Source of the DNA: Candidatus Aldehydirespiratoraceae bacterium
GTDB taxonomy: Bacteria > Actinomycetota > Acidimicrobiia > Acidimicrobiales > Aldehydirespiratoraceae
Length of the DNA: 64,000 nt
Assembly (NCBI GenBank): GCA_965198315.1
Contig: OZ240616.1
Location: forward strand, 391,096-455,095
Direction: 5' to 3'
Shown: in pieces, positions 38,555-47,394 of the stretch
Layout of the letters: each line of letters opens with the position of its first letter
Numbering within the stretch: the stretch's first letter is position 1
Notes under the pieces: generated by a model
The model's database searches: none
The model's input: the letters and a program-made list of their open reading frames with translations, nothing else
What the model was told of the DNA's origin: nothing
Position numbers and translations under genes: made by a program

Positions 38555-38677
38555 TGGGATTCGAACTACCATCGAATAAGAAGGAGCGCTAGCTATGCCC
38601 GGGCTGTGACGTCCGCCAGCGCACCGTCGGCCCATGGCACTTGAGTAGACCGATCAGAGGACGAGGATCGCCGTCAG

Positions 38678-38752
38678 CACCGGCACCGCTGCTCAAGTGT
38701 TGGCCCTGACCCCCAACCCGCTGTTCGTCTCGTACCAGTAACCCGGCCTGAG
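38678..38752. repeat. 75-bp direct repeat, copy 2 (right flank of the TA islet)
   Basis: See copy 1. This is a dead duplicate of the upstream gene's 3' end. Confidence 0.9.
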
Positions 38753-38754
38753 TC

Positions 38755-39402
38755 TCAGGCTCTATGAGTTGCCAGGTAGGCCAGTACTTCTTGTTCGGAG
38801 ACTACGTCTGCGTATTTTGCGTCGAGGTCGAACAGGTTGGACTCGTGCACCTGCGGGTCTCGGTCTCCGCAGGCGTCACGCACCACGATCGGCACAAACC
38901 CGTGCTGGCAGGCATCCAGCGCCGTGGCTCTAACGCAACCACTGGTGGAAACACCGGTGTGGATCAGCGTGTCGACACCCATCGAGGTGAGCGTCGAAGC
39001 CAGCGACGTTCCGAAAAATCCTGAGGCGTACTGCTTCACGACCACCACTTCCCCAGCGGTGGGTTCGAGTCCGGCGCCGTACTCGCCGAGCGGGTTACCC
39101 CTCACGAAACACTCGAGGGCACCGACTTTGCGGAAGAATATGCCGCCGTCGGCTCCACCGGGCTGGAACTCCACTCTGGTGTGCAGCACCGGGATCTGAG
39201 CGGTTCGGGCAGCGTTCAACACCCGCACACACGAAGCGCGGGCGTCCTCCACCCCGGCGTAGAGCGGCGACGCCTCATCCAGGTAGGCCCGACAGAAGTC
39301 GATGACGACGAGGGCGGGCCGCTTGCCGAACCCCAGCCGGTTGTTGAACCCCGCACGGCGGTAATCGTCTAGCAACCCGTTGTCGGTCACTTCCTCGCTC
39401 AT
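38755..39402 (-). CDS. isochorismatase-family cysteine hydrolase (N-carbamoylsarcosine-amidase-like)
   Basis: ALVVIDF, HTRVEF and TGVSTSGCVRATALDA (catalytic Cys) motifs. Confidence 0.85.
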   Translation of the reverse strand: MSEEVTDNGLLDDYRRAGFNNRLGFGKRPALVVIDFCRAYLDEASPLYAGVEDARASCVRVLNAARTAQIPVLHTRVEFQPGGADGGIFFRKVGALECFVRGNPLGEYGAGLEPTAGEVVVVKQYASGFFGTSLASTLTSMGVDTLIHTGVSTSGCVRATALDACQHGFVPIVVRDACGDRDPQVHESNLFDLDAKYADVVSEQEVLAYLATHRA

Positions 39403-39418
39403 ATCGTCACGCTCCGCA

Positions 39419-40615
39419 TCAACCGATCACCCCGTCAACCCGAAGCCGATCCAGAACATCGGCACTGAGTCCCAGGATCTGGCCGAAAACCTCGTCGTTG
39501 TGCTCACCCAAAGCCGGACCCGACCAATTGATCGACCCCGGGGTGTTCGACATCTTCGGCACTACGTTCTGCATCGGTACAGAGCCGAAATCGGGTGTGT
39601 CAACCCAGACAATCGCCTCGCGGGCCGCGAAATGATCGTCGGCCAGCATTTCTGGGGCGCGGTACATCTGACCGTTGGGGACGCTGTGTTCGTTGAGCAG
39701 TTGATGTAGCTCCTCGGCGTCGACGGTTACCGACCACTCAGCAATCAGTTCGTCCAGCTCAAGCTGGTTGTCTCCTCGGGCGATGTGGGTGGCGAAACGG
39801 GGGTCATCGCCAAGTTCGGGACGGCCCATCGCTTCAGCGAGCCGCCGCCACACGGTGTCCTGGTTGCCTGAGATCAGGTGAATCTTGTTGTCGCGGGTCG
39901 GATACGCGTTGGCCGGAGCGATATTGGGGATCATCGAACCGGTGCGTTCACGGATGAACCCGGCCACGTGGTATTCGGTCAGCAGAGACTCCATCACAGC
40001 TAGCACCGACTCATACAGCGCGGCGTCGACAAGCTGGCCCTTGCCGGTGCGCTCGCGGGCGTGAACAGCGTTGAGGGTGCCGATCGTTGCGAACATGGCA
40101 GTGAGCGTGTCGCCGATGCTGATGCCGGTTCGGCTGGGCATCTTCTCGGGATCACCGGTCGTGTAGCGAATACCGCCCAACGCCTCACCGATGGCCCCAA
40201 AACCCGGCTGCGCCGAGTACGGCCCGGTCTGGCCGTAACCCGAGACGCGAGTGACGATCAATCGCGGGTTGAGAGCTTGCAGATCTTCGGGAGCAAGACC
40301 CCATTTCTCCAACGTGCCCGGCCGGAAGTTCTCCACCAGTACATCGGCGTCGGCTACCAACTGGCGCACCAAGTCCTGACCGGCGGCTTCGCGAAGGTTG
40401 ATGGTGACCGACTTCTTGCCCCGGCCCACTACCGGCCACCACAACGATTTACCGTCGGCTTTTTCTTGGCCCCAGGCGCGCATCGGGTCACCGGTTACGG
40501 GTGGTTCGATCTTGATGACCTCAGCACCGTGGTCAGCTAGTTGTTGACCACAGAACGGCCCGGCTAGCAGCGTGCCCATCTCGATCACACGGATATCGGA
40601 AAGCGCCCCGGTCAT
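39419..40615 (-). CDS. family III CoA-transferase (CaiB/BaiF)
   Basis: IRVIEMGTLLAGPFCGQQLADHGAEVIKIE N-terminus and VENFRPG motif. Confidence 0.9.
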   Translation of the reverse strand: MTGALSDIRVIEMGTLLAGPFCGQQLADHGAEVIKIEPPVTGDPMRAWGQEKADGKSLWWPVVGRGKKSVTINLREAAGQDLVRQLVADADVLVENFRPGTLEKWGLAPEDLQALNPRLIVTRVSGYGQTGPYSAQPGFGAIGEALGGIRYTTGDPEKMPSRTGISIGDTLTAMFATIGTLNAVHARERTGKGQLVDAALYESVLAVMESLLTEYHVAGFIRERTGSMIPNIAPANAYPTRDNKIHLISGNQDTVWRRLAEAMGRPELGDDPRFATHIARGDNQLELDELIAEWSVTVDAEELHQLLNEHSVPNGQMYRAPEMLADDHFAAREAIVWVDTPDFGSVPMQNVVPKMSNTPGSINWSGPALGEHNDEVFGQILGLSADVLDRLRVDGVIG

Positions 40616-40626
40616 GCGTCACCAGT

Positions 40627-41541
40627 ATGCTCGGCAGGGTGACCGAGTCCATCCAAATCGTCGAGGTTGCCCCCCGAGATGGATTGCAGGCCGATCCCGC
40701 CGATCTCAGCACGGCACAGAAAGTCGAGCTCATCGAACGGCTGATCGCCGCCGGCCATACCCGCATCGAAGCCACCAGCTTCGTCAACCCCGAAGCCGTG
40801 CCGAAAATGGCCGACGGAGACGCAGTCATGGCCGCAGTGCCCCGATCCAGCGGCGTGAGTTACAGCGCCCTGGCGCTCAACCAGCGGGGTGTCGAACGGG
40901 CAATAGCAGCGGGCGTTGACGAGGTCTGCGGCGTGGTCGTTGCGACCGAGACCTTCTCCCAAGCCAACCAGCGGGCCACGATCGCCGAATCGATACAGCG
41001 CTGGCGCACCATCAGCGACACTGCCCGCTCGGCCGGGATCAAGACCGCTGTCACAATCTCGGCGGTGTGCGGATGCCCTTATGAGGGTCGGGTCGATACC
41101 GACAAGGTGCTCGACATTGTGTCTGATCTGGCCGACACGCAACCCGACGAACTGGCCCTTGCCGACACGATCGGCGCAGGCGTGCCCACCGGAGTCGGGG
41201 CTCTGTTCGCCGGCGCCGCGCAACGTGCTCCGGGAATCGCTCTGCGCGGGCATTTCCACAACACCCGCAACACTGCGTTGGCCAACATCGCGGCTGCCAT
41301 CGACGAGGGCGTGCGAATCTTCGACTCCAGCCTTGGCGGAGTCGGCGGTTGTCCCTTCGCCCCGAGAGCCACCGGCAACGTGGCCACCGAAGATGTGGTC
41401 TATCTGGTGCATGAGATGGGCTTTGACACCGGTCTGGATTTGGACGCGTTGATCGCTGCGAGCACTTGGCTGGAAACCCAACTCGGCCACGGCGTGCCCA
41501 GTCTGGTCGCCAAGGCCGGCGGTTTCCCTCAACCTCGCTGA
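40627..41541 (+). CDS. hydroxymethylglutaryl-CoA-lyase-like (HMGL family)
   Basis: IVEVAPRDGLQ, HFHNTRNTALAN and GGVGGCPFAP motifs. Confidence 0.9.
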   Translation: MLGRVTESIQIVEVAPRDGLQADPADLSTAQKVELIERLIAAGHTRIEATSFVNPEAVPKMADGDAVMAAVPRSSGVSYSALALNQRGVERAIAAGVDEVCGVVVATETFSQANQRATIAESIQRWRTISDTARSAGIKTAVTISAVCGCPYEGRVDTDKVLDIVSDLADTQPDELALADTIGAGVPTGVGALFAGAAQRAPGIALRGHFHNTRNTALANIAAAIDEGVRIFDSSLGGVGGCPFAPRATGNVATEDVVYLVHEMGFDTGLDLDALIAASTWLETQLGHGVPSLVAKAGGFPQPR

Positions 41542-41573
41542 ACTCACAGGAGGCGCAAACCAAGCCGCGCCGC

Positions 41574-43037
41574 TCATGTCGGTCTCTTCTGATATTCGCC
41601 GGCCGGATCGCCAACCACCACCCCGTCCGCGAGGATGCGTTGGCCCCGCAACCAGACACGGCGCACCTTGCCGTTGAGTTCCTGGCCCTCGAACGGTGTG
41701 TAACCCTGGCTGGATTCTGACTCCGCCGCTGACACCACATGGCTGACTGCCGGGTCCAACAATGCGATATCGGCGTCGAAACCAGCAGCGATAGTTCCTT
41801 TGGTACCGAGCGCGTATCGCTGGGCCGGGTTCCATGCCAGCATGCGAGCCATGTCCACCAGACCCAAGCCCCGTTTGGTCCCTTCGGAATAAAGCCCGTT
41901 CAGCAGGTATTCGGTGCCCCCGAAGCCACTTTTGGCGAGCCAGATGTCGTCAGGATTCTCAGCAGACACCTTGGCCTCGGTACGACAGCAGGCATGATCG
42001 CTCACCACCCAATCCAGTTCACCGGCGAGCACATGGCTCCACAGCGCCTCCACATCAGCACGGGGACGGATTGGCGGGTTGACCTTCCCCCACGGATCGC
42101 CGGAAGTTTCGATGTCCACCAGCAGATGCCCGATCGTGACTTCGCGGCGGAAGTTCACGTTCTCAAAGCACCGCTCCATGCGCAGGGCCGCGTCGACGGC
42201 CTTCGCCGACGACAGGTGCAGCAGGTTGATGTTGACCACATCGGTCTCATGGGCCAGATATGAGGCGATGGTCACGGCTAGTCCCTCCGAGTGCGGAGGG
42301 CGAGAAGCCGAGTACGCGGCCAGCCCGGTGAGGTCTCCCGCTGCTTCGACCAACTTGGTGTACGCCGTCATGATCTCAGCGGTTTCGCAGTGCAGAGACA
42401 GCGACAGCGCATCGGCCAGATCCGGGTGGTTGCGGCGGGCGTCGGCGATGCCCCGCATGATGAACTCGAAGTGGGCGTAGTCGTAGCGTTCGCCGGGTGG
42501 GGTCATCAGAAACTTGGACTGGTCGTCGCTGGCGCCATGCAGGCCATGACCGCCGTAGAACATGAAAATCTTGAACGAAGTCACCCCGTATTCGCTGGCC
42601 AGCATGGGGATCTCGTCGATGTGGCTTGCCTGCATCGGGGCGAGGTGGAAGGCGTAGTCCACATGGCTGTGGCCTTCGATCTGTTGCAGTACTTCCGGGA
42701 AGAACTCGGCGTAGGGCCCGCCTCGGTTCAAGTAGTACTGACCCGTCCGCATGTAGTTGAGCACCGTGGTCGTGCCGCCTTGGGCCGCGGCCCGGCTCTC
42801 GCTTGCAGCATCGACAGGCAACGGGTTGTAAATGCCCATGTGAGTGTGGGCATCCACCGATCCCGGGAAGGCGATGAGGCCCGAAGCGTCGAATATCTCT
42901 GTGGTTTCGGGCGCGGCTGCAGCAAGCCCGACACCGAGTTCGCTGACCTTCCCGGCGCTGATGGCTATGTCTGTCTGGTCAGCTTCGCCCACGTCCGGGC
43001 GGACCACGGTGGCGCCGGTGATGATCAGGTCGGTCAT
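41574..43037 (-). CDS. cyclic amidohydrolase (hydantoinase/dihydropyrimidinase/allantoinase-like)
   Basis: IITGATVV...FPGSVDAHTHM metal-binding motif. 487 aa. The ATGA overlaps the PrpD-like gene. Confidence 0.85.
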   Translation of the reverse strand: MTDLIITGATVVRPDVGEADQTDIAISAGKVSELGVGLAAAAPETTEIFDASGLIAFPGSVDAHTHMGIYNPLPVDAASESRAAAQGGTTTVLNYMRTGQYYLNRGGPYAEFFPEVLQQIEGHSHVDYAFHLAPMQASHIDEIPMLASEYGVTSFKIFMFYGGHGLHGASDDQSKFLMTPPGERYDYAHFEFIMRGIADARRNHPDLADALSLSLHCETAEIMTAYTKLVEAAGDLTGLAAYSASRPPHSEGLAVTIASYLAHETDVVNINLLHLSSAKAVDAALRMERCFENVNFRREVTIGHLLVDIETSGDPWGKVNPPIRPRADVEALWSHVLAGELDWVVSDHACCRTEAKVSAENPDDIWLAKSGFGGTEYLLNGLYSEGTKRGLGLVDMARMLAWNPAQRYALGTKGTIAAGFDADIALLDPAVSHVVSAAESESSQGYTPFEGQELNGKVRRVWLRGQRILADGVVVGDPAGEYQKRPT

Positions 43038-44449
43038 GGGCGTTCCTTCGTCGGTGCGTCAATTCGTTGCAGAGGATCCAGCAGCCCGGCGGTGGAGTCA
43101 ATACCGGCGAGGCCCGACAAGGTCTCGTGCGTTCTGCAGGCGTCTTGGCTCGACAAAAGGCCGGCGGTGTTGTCGGTGTACTTGGCTGCCAACTCCGACG
43201 CTGACAGGGGCCGGTCCGGTCCACCCCGGTTGGCGAGCACCTCTTCCACCAACGTTTGACCCGCCCTGGTCGTAACGCTCAAGCGGGCGGGAAGCTGGTA
43301 CGGATATATCTGCATCAGCTGAGGATCACCCACGACATCAACCCGCTCCATCAGTTCACGACGAAGCGGGTCACGGGCCAGCGCATCACTGAAATCGCCC
43401 AGACCGACGCCCAGTCCTCCGCCGCCCAGCAAACCGGCGACCACCGTGTACGGCCCGCTGAACTGGGCGTGATATCCGGTTTCGGGCATCCGTTTAGCCT
43501 CAATCGGGTCGCCGATAGTGCGCACGGTCGGCGGCGCCACTTCCAGGGTGGCACTAGCGAGGTCCTCGGCGCAGACACCCCGCTGGCGAAGGGCCATAGC
43601 GGCGTCGATTCCGGTGTGGGTGAAGTGGTTCGCTGGATACGGCTTGTAGAAGATTTCATCGCAATGCCAGCGATCTGACAGGTGCGCGGTGACCGAGTCG
43701 AGGTCGGATTGGTCACCCAGGAACGCTTGGAACAGTCCGAACCGGCCTTCGATTGCGGTCGGTGGTCCGGTAATGCCCCGTGCCGCGAGTTGAGCCGCGG
43801 TGACCCCGGCCCGAGCGGCCCAACCGCAGTGGAGTCGTTTCACAGTTCCACCAGACCGGTTGGCTTCAATGATTCCGCTGGCCATGCTGCAGGCAATGCC
43901 CATGGCGTGGGTGATCCCGTCACTACCGAGGCCGAGCAACCGACCAGCGGCGGCCGCTGATCCCACCGCGCCGCATATCGACGTGGCGTGTTGGCCTCGT
44001 TCGAAATACACCGATTGACGGGCATGGGGGTCGTAGCCGCCCATACCGAGACGCACGGTTGTCTCCAAACCCACCGCCACAGCATCAAGTAGTGCTGCGC
44101 CGGACACCGACTGCCACTCAGCCACCGCCAGCGCGGCGGGCACCACCGATGCGCTGGGGTGCAGGATGGACGGCAGATGCGTGTCGTCATAGTCCAACGA
44201 GTGGGCCAGTACACCGTTGACGAAAGCGGCTTCGGCTGCCGACATGGCCTGTCCGGCACCGATCGCGGTGGCTTGGGCGGCGGAGCCCTGATCGACCGCG
44301 AACCCGATGACCGCGCGGGAGGTCTCCAGCGTGGAGGCCCGTACGGCAATCCCCACGACGTCGATGATGCGAGACGGGATACCGGCTCGGACGGTTTCTG
44401 GCACCGGGGCGGCAGCCAGGCCCGCCAGTTGCGAAACCACCGGACTCAT
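43034..44449 (-). CDS. MmgE/PrpD-family protein
   Basis: ~470 aa with LDYDDTH and PYPANHFTHTGIDAA patterns typical of the PrpD family. Confidence 0.85.
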   Translation of the reverse strand: MSPVVSQLAGLAAAPVPETVRAGIPSRIIDVVGIAVRASTLETSRAVIGFAVDQGSAAQATAIGAGQAMSAAEAAFVNGVLAHSLDYDDTHLPSILHPSASVVPAALAVAEWQSVSGAALLDAVAVGLETTVRLGMGGYDPHARQSVYFERGQHATSICGAVGSAAAAGRLLGLGSDGITHAMGIACSMASGIIEANRSGGTVKRLHCGWAARAGVTAAQLAARGITGPPTAIEGRFGLFQAFLGDQSDLDSVTAHLSDRWHCDEIFYKPYPANHFTHTGIDAAMALRQRGVCAEDLASATLEVAPPTVRTIGDPIEAKRMPETGYHAQFSGPYTVVAGLLGGGGLGVGLGDFSDALARDPLRRELMERVDVVGDPQLMQIYPYQLPARLSVTTRAGQTLVEEVLANRGGPDRPLSASELAAKYTDNTAGLLSSQDACRTHETLSGLAGIDSTAGLLDPLQRIDAPTKERP

Positions 44450-44459
44450 GCGATGGCCC

Positions 44460-45284
44460 TCATGCGATGGCCAATGGGCGGACCGGGGCTCCGGTAGCGC
44501 CGTGGATGTTCAGATGGGACAGCACGAACACGAACTCATAGACCCCGGCGGCGGCCAGACCATCCAGTTCCAGGGCCTCGATGATGTTGATGCCCTGCTC
44601 CACCAGCAGGACCCGGTGAGCCGGCAACAGGGCATGTCCTTGTCCAGCGGGGATGCACTCGAAGGCCAGCGTGTCGGCCCCGACGAGGGTTGCGCCCTGT
44701 TCAGCCAACCATTGCGCACCCTCCTCCCCGACTCCCGGCACTCCAGTGTCTTTACCGCCATAACGGTCGGGGTCGTCGAAGTAGGCCCCCCAGCCGCTGC
44801 GTATCAGTACCGCGTCACCCGAGCGCAGAGGGGTGCCTTGACGTGTCGCCGCGCCTTTGAGTTCGGCCACGCTGATCTCGTGGCCGCCATCGCACACCTC
44901 CTCCTCGAGCAGCCCGGCTATGTCCAGCAGCACGCCGCGACCGACGAACGGTGGCAGTTCTTGAATCCCCAACACCTCGAAGTTGCCGCCTGACTGAGCC
45001 TCTTGCGCATCTATGCCGCCATGCAGCAAGCCTTGGTGGCTGACATGGGCCAGCGCGTCCACATGTGTCCCGACGTGGCAACCGGTTGTCAGCAGGTCAG
45101 CCGCCGCCGAACCACCGTCGGCTCGCACCCGTTCGCCGTGGCGCCGGTCCAGACAGTGGTTGAACATCGGGTGGTTCGGTGATTGCGCCATACCGTTTCG
45201 CATCAGGCGACCGAGATCGTAGACGGTGGCTTCAGCGAGCACGCCCAGAAGCTCCGTGACTGGCCCTGAGATATTTCTGCTCAT
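44460..45284 (-). CDS. cyclase-family protein (kynurenine-formamidase-like)
   Basis: TTGCHVGTHVDALAHV (HxGTHxDxxxH) motif. Confidence 0.85.
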   Translation of the reverse strand: MSRNISGPVTELLGVLAEATVYDLGRLMRNGMAQSPNHPMFNHCLDRRHGERVRADGGSAAADLLTTGCHVGTHVDALAHVSHQGLLHGGIDAQEAQSGGNFEVLGIQELPPFVGRGVLLDIAGLLEEEVCDGGHEISVAELKGAATRQGTPLRSGDAVLIRSGWGAYFDDPDRYGGKDTGVPGVGEEGAQWLAEQGATLVGADTLAFECIPAGQGHALLPAHRVLLVEQGINIIEALELDGLAAAGVYEFVFVLSHLNIHGATGAPVRPLAIA

Positions 45285-46471
45285 GCGATCACTCCCCGGT
45301 CTCGCAGGTCGGCCAGTCGTTCGGCGCTCATCCCGGTATCTGTCAATACCTGATCGGTGTCTGCGCCGAGGGTTCGCCCAGAGTGTCGGACCTCGCCGGG
45401 TGTGTCCGACAAACCGAACAGGACGTTCTGCATCAGTAGCGGACCCAAGTCGGGGTCGTCGACCGACACCACGGCTCCGCGGGCCTGCACCTGCGGATCT
45501 GCGACGTACTGCTCCACGTCGTACACCGGAGCGAGCGCCACGTCGGCACCGGCGAACGCTTCAACGACTTCGGCGAGCGGGCGTTCGCCGATCCATGCGG
45601 CCATGGCATCGTCGATCTCATCGCTGTGGGCGGCCCGGCCGGCACCGGTGGCGAACCACGGTTCACCCACCAGGTCGCCCCGACCGATCAATTCCATTGT
45701 GCGGCGAGCTACCGCGTCGGCGCTGCTCGACACAGCCACCCAGCGGTTGTCGGCGGTGAGGTAGGTGTTGCGGGGGGCGTTGTTGAGCGAGCGGTTCCCA
45801 CTCCGCTGAGTGATATGGCCGGTCTGGTCCCAGGTGATGACATGGGGGCCGAGCGCGGTGGCGAGCGGTTCGAGGATCGACAGGTCCACTACTTGGCCCT
45901 GTCCAGTGGCGTGCCGGTGGTGCAGTGCCATCATCACCGCGGCGACCCCGCTGATGCCGGCGAAGCTGTCGGCGAGTCCGAAGGGGGGCAGGGTCGGGGG
46001 CCGGTCGGCTTCACCGGTCATGTGGGCAAAGCCGCTCATGGCCTCGATCAAGGTCCCGAAGGCCGGCCGACGGGCATACGGGCCGGTCTGGCCGAATCCG
46101 CTGACCCGGCAGAGAATCAGCCCGGGGTTGCGCTCCGACAGTACTTCGGGGCCCAGGCCCCAGCGCTCGAGGGTGCCGGGCCGGAAGTTCTCGACAACTA
46201 CATCGGCGGAGGCTGCGAGGTCCAGGAACACTTCGGCTCCGTCGGGATCGCTCAGGTTCAAACCCACGCAGCGTTTGTTGCGTGCGACGATCTTCCACCA
46301 GAGTCCCTGACCATCCTTCTGCGCACCGTGACCCCGCATGCTGTCGCCTGTCTGGGGATGCTCTATCTTGATCACATCCGCGCCGAAATCGGCCATGATC
46401 TGGCCTATCACCGGCCCCGCGATCACGGTGGAAGCGTCAATGACGCGCAGGTCGGCCAGAGGACCCTTCAT
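45281..46471 (-). CDS. family III CoA-transferase (CaiB/BaiF), second copy
   Basis: MKGPLADLRVIDASTVIAGPVIGQIMADFGADVIKIE and VENFRPG. ATG 46471 preferred over the longer track ORF. Confidence 0.9.
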   Translation of the reverse strand: MKGPLADLRVIDASTVIAGPVIGQIMADFGADVIKIEHPQTGDSMRGHGAQKDGQGLWWKIVARNKRCVGLNLSDPDGAEVFLDLAASADVVVENFRPGTLERWGLGPEVLSERNPGLILCRVSGFGQTGPYARRPAFGTLIEAMSGFAHMTGEADRPPTLPPFGLADSFAGISGVAAVMMALHHRHATGQGQVVDLSILEPLATALGPHVITWDQTGHITQRSGNRSLNNAPRNTYLTADNRWVAVSSSADAVARRTMELIGRGDLVGEPWFATGAGRAAHSDEIDDAMAAWIGERPLAEVVEAFAGADVALAPVYDVEQYVADPQVQARGAVVSVDDPDLGPLLMQNVLFGLSDTPGEVRHSGRTLGADTDQVLTDTGMSAERLADLRDRGVIA

Positions 46472-46611
46472 GCGGAACGTCGTTTCTCCCAGGGGAACAT
46501 CGGCCCTAGTGTTCCGCACAATCGAGTCTGTTGGCAACCGTTCCCAGCGAAGATAGGCCTTACCAGCGAACATCCGCTAGCCTCATTCCCCTGAGCGGAA
46601 CAGCAGAACCA

Positions 46612-47394
46612 ATGGACTCAGTCACTGGCACAAGTCGCAGCGTGGCCGCTATTGAGCGGGCTGCTGATGTGCTGTTCCTGTTCGCCAGAGCACAGAGCAC
46701 TCTGGGCGTCACCGAGATTTCCAAGGAACTCGGCGTGTCCAAGGCGGTCGTGCATCGAATACTCACCTCGTTGCGTGAACGGAACCTGTTGACCATCGAC
46801 CCGGAGACCCGGCGCTACGCGCTTGGGCCGGCTGTGTTGGAACTGGCCACTGCTTACCGCGATCAGCTCGATATTCGGACCCTGGCCCTCGACGAGATGC
46901 GCAGACTCAGCGCCGCGACCGACGAAACCGCGACTCTGTCGGTACGCCACGGCAACAAACGTGTTTACGTCGCCCAGATAACGCCTCCCCGAGAGGTGAA
47001 GATGACCGTGCCCATCGGTGGGTCGTTTCCGCTGCACGCCGGCGCTTCGTCCAAAGCGTTCCTGGCTTGGCTCAGCGAAGGCGAGATTGACCTCTATCTG
47101 GCCGAGAATCCACTCGACGCCATAACTGGGGCCACCATCATCACTGTCGACGAACTTCGTGCCGAACTGGGCCGCATTCGTCAGCAGGGTTTCGCCGTCT
47201 CTCTCGGTGAACGTCAACACGACGCCGGTTCGGTCGCGGCTCCGATCCTCGACGACAACCAAGCGCCAGTCGCGGTGATCAGCGTCAGTGGACCGATTGA
47301 ACGCTTCCGCGACAAAATCGCCAGTTCGGCGGCTGCGGTGGTGGAGGTCACCCGAGCGCTGTCCACAAAGCTCGGAGCCCGCCCTGGTGGCTGA
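46612..47394 (+). CDS. IclR-family transcriptional regulator
   Basis: SVAAIERAADVLFLFA...LGVTEISKELGVSKAVVHRILTSL HTH followed by an IclR effector domain. Confidence 0.9.
   Translation: MDSVTGTSRSVAAIERAADVLFLFARAQSTLGVTEISKELGVSKAVVHRILTSLRERNLLTIDPETRRYALGPAVLELATAYRDQLDIRTLALDEMRRLSAATDETATLSVRHGNKRVYVAQITPPREVKMTVPIGGSFPLHAGASSKAFLAWLSEGEIDLYLAENPLDAITGATIITVDELRAELGRIRQQGFAVSLGERQHDAGSVAAPILDDNQAPVAVISVSGPIERFRDKIASSAAAVVEVTRALSTKLGARPGG

Larger units (their letters stand above)
36603..38677. mobile_element. 2.1-kb inserted islet carrying three toxin-antitoxin pairs, no recombinase gene
   Basis: Bounded by the 75-bp duplication. The left end reads cGGACTGtaCATTCACTTC, shared with the AbiE islet. 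Confidence 0.65.

Noticed and set aside
40612-41835. 407-aa ORF on the minus strand
   Set aside because: It is antisense to the well-supported HMG-CoA-lyase-like gene and overlaps the hydantoinase-like gene. No motifs.
45626-46594. 322-aa plus-strand ORF, and likewise 42291-43259
   Set aside because: They are antisense to the CoA-transferase and hydantoinase/PrpD genes and are compositionally biased.
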